From an uncultured Eubacteriales bacterium (GTDB lineage Bacteria > Bacillota > Clostridia > Christensenellales > CAG-917), in assembly GCA_900550855.1 (NCBI GenBank), contig URTQ01000002.1, positions 1 through 34,553 on the forward strand: a DNA stretch of 34,553 nucleotides. The letters run 5' to 3'. Within the stretch, counting starts at the first letter, position 1; every line of letters begins with the position of its first letter. Under the pieces are notes generated by a model. That model saw only the letters and a program-made list of their open reading frames with translations. It was not told where the DNA came from and did not search any database. The position numbers were made by a program, and so were the translations under genes. Positions 16,519 through 24,143 of the stretch are shown in pieces.

Positions 16519-17496
16519 ATGAAACAATGGCATATAAACAAAGATGAAGGCGTCGCTCTTGTCGAGAACGTAAACGCCAGAGAAGAAGGACAAGTCAAAC
16601 TCAAATTGTCCAAAGTCGCCGTATCCTCGCAGGATATGTCAAATTTCGCGTCCCTTCCCAAAAACGTTGCGGTTACCCCCGGTCACTCGGCGGTCGCTTA
16701 CGTTTCGGAATCGGACGAGGACAGCGGTCTTAAACTCGGCGCGCGCGTGGTTATCAGTCCCTATGTCAAAGACCAACAACACGGCGTTGAAGTGGTCAAA
16801 ACTATGGGCGTTGACGTTGACGGTTTGCTTCGCGATTTCGTTTGCGTTCCTTACGAAAACGTGTTCGCGCTTCCCGACGGCGTAAGCGACGAAGAAGCGC
16901 TCTTTGCCGAGTATATCGCAATGGGCGACAACGTTTTTGAGGCTCTCGACCTCGAAAAAGGCGACTATATCGTGGTTTTGGGCGCAAGTACGCTCGGACT
17001 CATAATTTCGCAAATCGCAAGTTATTATCAGTTCGTGCCCATTCTCATCGACCTCGATTCCGAAAAACTCGCCCTTGCTCAAAAATGGGGCGTATGCTAC
17101 ACGCTCAATCCCACCTACGACAATCTCGAACGCAGAGTGGAAGAAATCACGGGCGGCAGAATGAGCGAAGCGGCGATTTTCGCAGGCGAAAGCGTTGACA
17201 TCAATTCGGCGATTCGTCTTGTCAAAAACGAAGGCGACGTCGTTATCGCAGGTTACGCAACGCGCGCTAAACACGCAATCGACGCATATCCCATTCTCAA
17301 AAAACAACTCAAAATCAAGGGTATATGCAACGGCGACGGCTGTATGTCGTCGGCAATCAACCTGCTTGCGAACAAGGTCGTAAAAACGGACGGAATTATC
17401 AGCGCGGCGGCAAACTTCGAGGAAGTGCCGCAAGTCGTAGAAAACTGCGTGAAATACCCATATCAATACAGCAAAATCGTCATAAATCTCGATTAA
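16519..17496 (+). CDS. Medium-chain dehydrogenase/reductase (MDR) fold protein, zinc ligands apparently absent
   Basis: GroES-like N-terminus (VKLKLSKVAVSSQD, GHSAVAYV, GARVVISP) plus a Rossmann region (VVLGASTLGLII). The usual Cys...His-Glu zinc ligands read Ser...His-Ser. Confidence 0.6.
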   Translation: MKQWHINKDEGVALVENVNAREEGQVKLKLSKVAVSSQDMSNFASLPKNVAVTPGHSAVAYVSESDEDSGLKLGARVVISPYVKDQQHGVEVVKTMGVDVDGLLRDFVCVPYENVFALPDGVSDEEALFAEYIAMGDNVFEALDLEKGDYIVVLGASTLGLIISQIASYYQFVPILIDLDSEKLALAQKWGVCYTLNPTYDNLERRVEEITGGRMSEAAIFAGESVDINSAIRLVKNEGDVVIAGYATRAKHAIDAYPILKKQLKIKGICNGDGCMSSAINLLANKVVKTDGIISAAANFEEVPQVVENCVKYPYQYSKIVINLD

Positions 17497-17668
17497 CGAG
17501 TGGGGCGGCGAACGGCAAATGTCGTTCGCTGTCGTTGCATTTTGGCAGTATTAATTGCCAAAATAAGCGAAATCCGCAAAACTGTGGCATTTTGCTAAAA
17601 AATGAAAGGAAAAGCCTTTTGGCTATGCGAAAAAGAGTCGCAATTCGCTCTTTGCGCACAAATATTTG

Positions 17669-19186
17669 ATGAGAGAAGATTCCAAAAAACTTAAACGCGC
17701 ATTTTCCTTTGCGCAAGAGGGCATACGCAAGTTTGCGTATACCGATTTGTATATTGTGCTCGTTCTGGCAATAGTGGTGGCGGCGTGGATTTGGCAAAAC
17801 GCAACTTTCGGTTTTGTCACGCTAATTCTCGTGTCGTGCGCCGTTTTGGTGTTCTCGGACGACCTTTTGCCGCTTTCGGTCAACGCTTTCGGCGCAATGC
17901 TTATGATTTTCAAAGTCGAGGGCGAAAGCGTCGTTGACATAAGCAGATTCGTTTTTCTCTGGCCGACGCTCATTCCGCTTGTAGTCGCAATTTTGGTTTT
18001 CGTGGTCAGAAACACCGTCGCAAAAGTCAAAGATAAACAGCGTTTCGTGCTCGGAAAGATGTTCTTTCCGCAAATCGCGGTCAGCGCCGCGCTCTTGCTC
18101 GGCGGCGTGGGAACTATCGCGGCAAAGAATTATCTCACTGCGCTTCCCAACGTCATTGCGCTCGGCATAGGCGTGCTTGCCGTGTATCTGCTCTTTGCAA
18201 ACTTCATAAAAATCGACGAAAACAGAGACTATGCAAAGTACTTTGCAAAGGTCGTTATGTGGATAGGCTTTGCCGTGTGCATCGAAATGATAGTGCATAT
18301 ATCCCGCCTCGACATCAGTTCGCAAGACTGGTCGAAATGGTACTGGGATTTAGGGTGGGGCAACCGCAACAACATCGCAACGTTCCTGCTCTTTTCCGCG
18401 CCTATGGCGACGTATCTGTCCACAAGGACGAGAAAAGGTTGGGCGTATATCGTTATGGCATTGTTTCAATACGCCTGCCTCGTTATGACCTTGTCGAGAG
18501 GCGGCATACTGTTCGGCGCGATTGCGGCGGTCGTAGGCGTGATTTTCTCGATTCTAAAAGCGCCCAACCGCAAAACGCAAGCAACTATATGGGGCGTTGC
18601 AATCCTTGCCGCGCTTGTGATTTGCCTTGTCAAACTCGACCTTGTCAAAGGCATTGTTTCTAGCCTCGTGGACAGAATCGAATCGGGCGGAAACGGCGAC
18701 GTAACGTCGGGCAGATTCGACCTTTACAAAGAGGCGTGGGAACAGTTTGTTGCGCACCCGATTTTCGGCGCGGGTATGGGCTTTATCGGCACTCGCGACG
18801 GTCAGTTCCATTCGGAAAATATGAGCCAGTACTGGTTTCACTCGACGCTTTTCCAAGTGCTCGGCTGTATGGGCATAGTCGGTATCGCCGCTTACGTTTA
18901 CTACTATATCGTGCGCTTCGGAATCGTGTTCAAGGGTATGAAGAAGAATTGCAAATTCGCCTTTTTCGTGTTCGTCGCGTGGCTCGGTTTCGAGGGTTAT
19001 TCGATGATAGACACCGGCACGATGATTCCGTTCCCGAATATGATGTTGGTTGCGGTTATGTCCTACGTCGCGCAACTTGCCAACTTGCAAAGAAGCGAAA
19101 GCGAAATCGACGGCGTTCCGAACTCTCTGCTCAACGAGGTATATGTGCGAGATACGGGAATCGACGTCGTGAGAGTCAACCGTTGA
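17669..19186 (+). CDS. O-antigen ligase-like (Wzy_C) polytopic membrane protein
   Basis: At least 10 hydrophobic segments. LSRGGILFGAI and GRFDLYKEAWEQFVAHPIFGAGMG resemble the Wzy_C loop. The first ATG is 17669 (the track starts at TTG 17666). No clear SD, so the start is uncertain. Confidence 0.6.
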   Translation: MREDSKKLKRAFSFAQEGIRKFAYTDLYIVLVLAIVVAAWIWQNATFGFVTLILVSCAVLVFSDDLLPLSVNAFGAMLMIFKVEGESVVDISRFVFLWPTLIPLVVAILVFVVRNTVAKVKDKQRFVLGKMFFPQIAVSAALLLGGVGTIAAKNYLTALPNVIALGIGVLAVYLLFANFIKIDENRDYAKYFAKVVMWIGFAVCIEMIVHISRLDISSQDWSKWYWDLGWGNRNNIATFLLFSAPMATYLSTRTRKGWAYIVMALFQYACLVMTLSRGGILFGAIAAVVGVIFSILKAPNRKTQATIWGVAILAALVICLVKLDLVKGIVSSLVDRIESGGNGDVTSGRFDLYKEAWEQFVAHPIFGAGMGFIGTRDGQFHSENMSQYWFHSTLFQVLGCMGIVGIAAYVYYYIVRFGIVFKGMKKNCKFAFFVFVAWLGFEGYSMIDTGTMIPFPNMMLVAVMSYVAQLANLQRSESEIDGVPNSLLNEVYVRDTGIDVVRVNR

Positions 19187-19284
19187 CCGTAAAATTAAGA
19201 ATGAATAATTAATAATTGCGGCGGGGCGGTGCCCCCACCCGAAACACATAGTCTTCACCCGATACAAAACGAGCGACGTACAAT

Positions 19285-19313
19285 AAAAAAAGACGCAATT
19301 TTGCGTCTTTTTT
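19285..19313. terminator. Bidirectional terminator between convergent genes
   Basis: A-run, then AGACGCAA/TTGCGTCT palindrome (19291-19308), then T-run. Lies between the + strand ligase-like gene and the - strand hydrolase gene. Confidence 0.7.
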
Positions 19314-19342
19314 ATACTTTTTTATACTGATTTTTCAACGTT

Positions 19343-20206
19343 TTATTTAGATAATCCTTTCACGAAATCGAGGATATATTCGACGGTTTGAGTGCGTTGG
19401 GATTTCTTTTGCGCTTCGATTATGCCGTCGCCGTCGTTGTTGAAAGATTTGAGAATTTCGTCGTTGTCCATAGTGCTGAAACTCATATGTGCGGCAGGGG
19501 ATATAACTTTGTGGACGTAACCATCTTTAAGCCTCGTTTTTGCGTCTGCTTTCATTTCGTCGGACAAAACGCGGTCTTGTTCCGCTTCGACGAGCAATGT
19601 TGCGACGTCAACGTCTTTGAGATTGTCGATTATATATTTGTCAACGCCGCTTTCCTCGTCTTTGACGGGATTGCCGTCGGCATCGAGAAGTTTGTGTCTA
19701 TAACAAAGCGGCGAAAGCAATATCGCGCCTGCGACGGTATCGGCGTTCTCGCTTGCTCTGCGCAATGCCGCGCCACCGCCTTGCGAGTGTCCCGCGACGA
19801 AGAATTTTACGTTCGGATATGCCGAAAACGCTTCTTCTTGTGCCTTGTAGTAGGCGTATGTCATATTGAACGTAACTTTGGGCATAACGACGAGATAGCC
19901 TTGCTTTGCAAGCGCGTTGCCGAGATATTCGTAATATTTGGGCTCGATTGCCGTGCCGACGTAAAAGATTACGCCGAAGCGATAATCGACTTGCTTGTAG
20001 GTCATTCCGCTTTCGCTGTACACGGGGTCGAGAATAGGTTCGAAAGTGAGGGCGGTTTCCGATTCGGTGGTCTTGACAAAAAACGAATTGTCCGATTGAT
20101 AATCGACTTTCGCAGGCGAATCGTCATTATCGTTGCACGCAAAAAGACAGCACGCCGTCAATGCGACGATCAATATTGCGGATATAATTGCAAGTTTTCG
20201 TTTCAT
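19343..20206 (-). CDS. Lipoprotein alpha/beta hydrolase (dienelactone hydrolase / chlorophyllase-like)
   Basis: Signal peptide with lipobox (ALTACCLFAC-N), nucleophile elbow GHSQGG, downstream Asp and His candidates. The antisense track ORF 19388-20317 is low-complexity and is rejected. Confidence 0.7.
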   Translation of the reverse strand: MKRKLAIISAILIVALTACCLFACNDNDDSPAKVDYQSDNSFFVKTTESETALTFEPILDPVYSESGMTYKQVDYRFGVIFYVGTAIEPKYYEYLGNALAKQGYLVVMPKVTFNMTYAYYKAQEEAFSAYPNVKFFVAGHSQGGGAALRRASENADTVAGAILLSPLCYRHKLLDADGNPVKDEESGVDKYIIDNLKDVDVATLLVEAEQDRVLSDEMKADAKTRLKDGYVHKVISPAAHMSFSTMDNDEILKSFNNDGDGIIEAQKKSQRTQTVEYILDFVKGLSK

Positions 20207-20297
20207 ACCGACCTCGTTGCGCCGTTTTTGTCAGAGTTGCCGAAGCGTTTGCGCTTTCAAACGCACACATTATATCATACATATAAAATAATTTCCA

Positions 20298-20326
20298 TAG
20301 CAATTTTTTATCTATAATGATATAAT
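20298..20326 (+). promoter_or_regulatory. Candidate promoter giving a leaderless decarboxylase mRNA
   Basis: TATAAT at 20321-20326 is followed by only 6 nt before the ATG at 20333. No SD in between. Weak -35 (TAGCAA) 17 nt upstream. A second TATAAT lies at 20313-20318. Confidence 0.3.
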
Positions 20327-20332
20327 CGAATT

Positions 20333-21826
20333 ATGAAAGACAAAAAGACGGAAAAAAGAGGCATATTTTCGGGTTTTCGCAAAGAGTTTTGCGCTTCCGA
20401 TACGAAAAAGCACGACGAGTCAAGCCTTACCGAGTTGCTTTGCGAGCACGACAAAAACAAAATCGTGCCTTTTCATATGCCGGGGCATAAGCGCGCGGAT
20501 TTCGATTTTCTAAACGGCGCGCAAAAAATCGACATAACAGAGATAGAGGGCTTCGACAACTTAAACGACGCAAACGGAATCATATTGCAGTCCGAAAAAC
20601 TTGCCGCCGAGGTGTTCGGTGCAAAACACGCACGGTTTTTGGTGAACGGAAGCACGGGCGGCGTTCTGGCTGCGATTCGCACGGTGTGCAACGCAGGCGA
20701 CAAGGTTTTGATTGCTCGCAACTGTCACAAGTCCGTGTACAACGCGGTGGAAGTGTTCGGCTTGATTCCCGTCTACGTTATGCCGTCTTATTTCGAGGAA
20801 TACGGCTTTTACGGCTCGGTTTTTCCGTGCGACGTGAAAAAAGCGTTCGAGCAAAATCCCGACATAAAACTCGTAGTGATAACGTCGCCCACATACGAGG
20901 GAATCGTAAGCGACGTAAAATCAATTGCCGATATATGCCGCAAAAACGGCGCGATTCTGTTCGTCGACGAGGCGCACGGCGCACATACGGGACTTTGCAA
21001 AAAGTTCGGCGAAAGCGCGAGAAGTCTCGGCGCGGATATAGTTGTGAACAGTTTGCACAAGACGTTGCCGTCGCTTACGCAAACCGCGCTTTTGTGCGTT
21101 TGCTCGGATAGGGTTGACACAACCGAACTCGACCGCAATCTTGCGATATTCCAATCGAGTTCGCCATCGTACGTTCTTATGGCGTCCATAGACGGTTGCG
21201 TGAGAATGCTCAAAAACGACGGCGCAAAATTGTTGTCCGAGTGGAACAAGAACATCGACGAGTGCAAAAAGTCGCTTGAAAGACTAAACAAACTTTCGAT
21301 TTTCCAACCGAAAAAAGATTCGCGAGTCTTTGCCTACGACAAATCGAAATTCGTCGTGCTATGCACGGGCGGCGCAATAAGCGGCGTGGAACTCAAAAAG
21401 GTTTTGCGAAACGCATACGACATAGAACTTGAAATGGCAAGCGTAAACTACGCAATCGCAATGAGCGGCGCAGGGGACAACAAAGAGAACTTTTCCGCCC
21501 TCGAAAGCGCGTTGTTTGCAATCGACGATACGCTTGCGGCTCGCAACGGTTTGACGACTACGGTTTTGCCGTCACTGCCGCAAAAGGCATTTGAACCGTA
21601 TCAAACGCGCACTTTAAGCGGCGAATACGTCGATTTCGACAAATCGGCGGGTAGAGTGAGCCTTGAAAACGTATGGGCGTATCCGCCCGGCTCGCCCGTC
21701 ATCGTCAAAGGCGAAGAAGTGTGTCAGGAAGACATAAAGAATCTCACTTTGATGTACGAGAGCGGCGTAAATGTATCGAGCGAGAAACGAGAGTTTCCGA
21801 CATACCTTTATGTCGAGAAGTCTTGA
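20333..21826 (+). CDS. Orn/Lys/Arg decarboxylase family PLP enzyme
   Basis: VPFHMPGHK N-terminal signature, STGGVLAAI, DEAHGAH, PLP-lysine motif NSLHKTL. Confidence 0.85.
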   Translation: MKDKKTEKRGIFSGFRKEFCASDTKKHDESSLTELLCEHDKNKIVPFHMPGHKRADFDFLNGAQKIDITEIEGFDNLNDANGIILQSEKLAAEVFGAKHARFLVNGSTGGVLAAIRTVCNAGDKVLIARNCHKSVYNAVEVFGLIPVYVMPSYFEEYGFYGSVFPCDVKKAFEQNPDIKLVVITSPTYEGIVSDVKSIADICRKNGAILFVDEAHGAHTGLCKKFGESARSLGADIVVNSLHKTLPSLTQTALLCVCSDRVDTTELDRNLAIFQSSSPSYVLMASIDGCVRMLKNDGAKLLSEWNKNIDECKKSLERLNKLSIFQPKKDSRVFAYDKSKFVVLCTGGAISGVELKKVLRNAYDIELEMASVNYAIAMSGAGDNKENFSALESALFAIDDTLAARNGLTTTVLPSLPQKAFEPYQTRTLSGEYVDFDKSAGRVSLENVWAYPPGSPVIVKGEEVCQEDIKNLTLMYESGVNVSSEKREFPTYLYVEKS

Positions 21827-21840
21827 ATAACACACGCTTT

Positions 21841-21880
21841 TTGTTAAGTTCTTGACAAAAACAATACAAAACAATATAAT
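21841..21880 (+). promoter_or_regulatory. Consensus sigma-A promoter of the SCIFF gene, overlapped by a Rex-box-like palindrome
   Basis: TTGACA (21852-21857), 17-nt spacer, TATAAT (21875-21880). The palindrome TTGTTAA-GTTC-TTGACAA (21841-21858) covers the -35 box. Confidence 0.6.
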
Positions 21881-21910
21881 ACTATATATCAATAGAAGGA
21901 GTCGTAAACA

Positions 21911-22057
21911 ATGAAAAGAATCACAACTTTGAAAACGCGCGATCTCAACGAGAGCAAAAAGAACGGCGGTTGCGGCGAATGCCAAACCTCTTGCCAATCT
22001 GCTTGCAAAACTTCCTGCGGCGTTGCAAACCAAAAGTGCGAAAAGGCTGCAAAGTAA
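21911..22057 (+). CDS. scfA: Six-cysteine ranthipeptide precursor SCIFF (48 aa), not in the ORF track
   Basis: Translation is MKRITTLKTRDLNESKKNGGCGECQTSCQSACKTSCGVANQKCEKAAK. AAGGAG RBS 9 nt upstream. GGCGECQTSCQSACKTSC matches the SCIFF core (TIGR03973 type). Directly upstream of the cognate maturase. Confidence 0.9.
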   Translation: MKRITTLKTRDLNESKKNGGCGECQTSCQSACKTSCGVANQKCEKAAK

Positions 22058-22090
22058 TTTTTGGCAAAATCACAACTTATTCGCAAAGAT

Positions 22091-22116
22091 CGCATAGGCT
22101 GTCCTATGCGTTTTTT
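22091..22116 (+). terminator. Hairpin plus T-run between precursor and maturase (partial terminator/attenuator)
   Basis: CGCATAGG (22091-22098), loop CTGT, CCTATGCG (22103-22110), TTTTTT (22111-22116). Confidence 0.6.
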
Positions 22117-22181
22117 GTGTAAAAACGTAAGCGTTGCGACCTCTCGATTTTATATCGAAAGCAACGCGAGAGATAATACAA

Positions 22182-23561
22182 ATGATTCATTCTTTCAAAC
22201 TTAACGGATACAATATCGTGCTTGACACTGCAAGCGGAAGCGTGCATAGCGTGGACGATGTCGCATACGACGTCATAAACTCGTACGAGGGCAAAAGCAA
22301 AGAACAAATCGTCAAAGATATTGTTGCAAAATACGAAAATCAAGGCATTTGCGAGCAGGACGTAATCGAGTGCATTGACGACGTAGAGGAATTGAAGGCG
22401 CAGGGCAAACTCTTTTCGGAAGATACGTTCAAACCCGACGTCGACGTTCTTGCAAAACGCAATACGGTGCTCAAAGCGATGTGCTTGCACGTTGCGCACA
22501 CTTGCAACCTCAACTGCGAATACTGCTTTGCCTCACAAGGCAAATATCACGGCGAGCGCGCGCTTATGTCCTACGAAGTGGGCAAACGCGCCCTCGATTT
22601 TCTCGTTGAAAACAGCGGAACGCGTCGCAATCTCGAAGTGGACTTCTTCGGCGGCGAACCGCTTATGAACTGGCAAGTGGTCAAAGACCTCGTTGCGTAC
22701 GCTCGCTCGATAGAGAAAGAGCACGGCAAAAACTTCCGTTTTACGCTCACGACCAACGGTATGCTCGTCGACGACGACGTAATCGAATTTGCCAACAAGG
22801 AAATGGACAACGTCGTTTTGTCCCTCGACGGAAGAAAAGAGATAAACGACCATTTCAGACACACCGTAGGCGGCGTGGGAAGTTACGATATAATCGTTCC
22901 GAAATTCCAGAAGTTCGTCAAAGCGAGAGGCGGAAAAAACTACTATATGCGCGGCACGTTTACGCACAGAAATCCCGACTTTACGAAGGATATTCAAACT
23001 ATGCTCGACCTCGGCTTCGACGAGTTGAGTATGGAACCCGTCGTATGTCCGCCCACCGACAAGTACGCGCTCGACGAGGACGACAAAAAGATTATCTTCA
23101 AAGAGTACGAGAAACTTGCCGATATGATGATTGAAAGAAGAAAGCAGGGCAAGCCCTTCACGTTCTATCACTATATGCTCAACCTCGAAGGCGGTCCGTG
23201 CATATACAAGCGTATATCGGGTTGCGGAAGCGGCACGGAATATCTCGCCGTCACGCCTACTGGCGAACTCTATCCTTGCCATCAGTTCGTCGGCAACAAA
23301 GAGTATCTTATGGGCGACATATGGAAGGGCGTAACGAATACGGACATTCAGTCCAAGTTCAAAAAGTGCAACGCGTATTCGAGAAAAGAGTGCGACGATT
23401 GTTGGGCAAGGCTGTATTGCTCGGGCGGTTGCGCGGCGAACGCGTACAACGCGACGGGCGACGTGAACGGCATTTACAAGTACGGTTGCGACCTTTTCAA
23501 AAAGCGCATCGAATGTGCAATAATGCTCAAAGTTGACGAGCAACTCGGCGAGGAAGAATAA
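22182..23561 (+). CDS. scfB: Thioether cross-link-forming SCIFF peptide maturase (radical SAM/SPASM)
   Basis: CNLNCEYC radical SAM motif. C-terminal SPASM cysteines (CGSG...YPCHQF...CDDCWARLYCSGGCAANA). Adjacent to the SCIFF precursor. ATG 22182 is chosen because the track's TTG 22134 begins just after the terminator. Confidence 0.9.
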   Translation: MIHSFKLNGYNIVLDTASGSVHSVDDVAYDVINSYEGKSKEQIVKDIVAKYENQGICEQDVIECIDDVEELKAQGKLFSEDTFKPDVDVLAKRNTVLKAMCLHVAHTCNLNCEYCFASQGKYHGERALMSYEVGKRALDFLVENSGTRRNLEVDFFGGEPLMNWQVVKDLVAYARSIEKEHGKNFRFTLTTNGMLVDDDVIEFANKEMDNVVLSLDGRKEINDHFRHTVGGVGSYDIIVPKFQKFVKARGGKNYYMRGTFTHRNPDFTKDIQTMLDLGFDELSMEPVVCPPTDKYALDEDDKKIIFKEYEKLADMMIERRKQGKPFTFYHYMLNLEGGPCIYKRISGCGSGTEYLAVTPTGELYPCHQFVGNKEYLMGDIWKGVTNTDIQSKFKKCNAYSRKECDDCWARLYCSGGCAANAYNATGDVNGIYKYGCDLFKKRIECAIMLKVDEQLGEEE

Positions 23562-23566
23562 GCAAT

Positions 23567-24055
23567 ATGGCAAAAGAGAAACTTGAAAAAACCAACGCTA
23601 TGCGCATACTCGACCAAAAGAAAGTCGCCTACAAAGAGCATACGCTCGGCATAACCGAAGCGGTGAGCGGCATGGAAGCGGCGACCCTTTTGGGCGTTGA
23701 CGAAAGCCTTGTTTTCAAAACTCTCGTGACCGTCGGCAAAAGCCTCGAACACTACGTTTTCGTCGTGCCGGTCGCAAGCGAACTCGACTTGAAAAAGGCG
23801 GCGGCGTGCGTAAACGAAAAGAGCGTGGAAATGGTCAAATCGAAAGACTTGCTTTCGCTTACGGGTTACGTTCACGGCGGCTGTTCGCCCGTGGGTATGA
23901 AAAAGTTTTTTAAGACCACGTTCGACGAAAGCGCACAAAACGTCGACAGAATTTTCTTTTCGGGCGGTCGCATAGGCTTTCAAATCGAAACCACTCTTTC
24001 CGAACTCAAAAAGGCGATAAACTTTCAAGTGAAAGACATAACGGTTAAGCAATAA
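23567..24055 (+). CDS. ybaK: Cys-tRNA(Pro)/Cys-tRNA(Cys) deacylase YbaK
   Basis: 162 aa. TNAMRILD N-terminus, FKTLV, GYVHGGCSPVGMKK and IFFSGG motifs of the YbaK/EbsC family. Confidence 0.85.
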   Translation: MAKEKLEKTNAMRILDQKKVAYKEHTLGITEAVSGMEAATLLGVDESLVFKTLVTVGKSLEHYVFVVPVASELDLKKAAACVNEKSVEMVKSKDLLSLTGYVHGGCSPVGMKKFFKTTFDESAQNVDRIFFSGGRIGFQIETTLSELKKAINFQVKDITVKQ

Positions 24056-24143
24056 TCGTAGACAAGAATAAAAACGCCGAAATTGCGGAAAATCGCAAAA
24101 GACGACGTTTACAAATCTAAAAACGGGGGTTAAATGCACGAAT

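Noticed and set aside
17543-17558. Sigma-54-like TGGCAG-N..-TTGC within the 17539-17564 palindrome
   Set aside because: The GG-to-GC spacing is 13 nt rather than the required 12. The match is a by-product of the perfect palindrome. No enhancer-binding protein gene is nearby.
19388-20317. 309-aa + strand ORF opposite the hydrolase gene
   Set aside because: The - strand frame has a lipoprotein signal peptide, a GHSQGG nucleophile elbow and a terminator in the right place. The + strand translation has no motifs and would run through the divergent promoter region.
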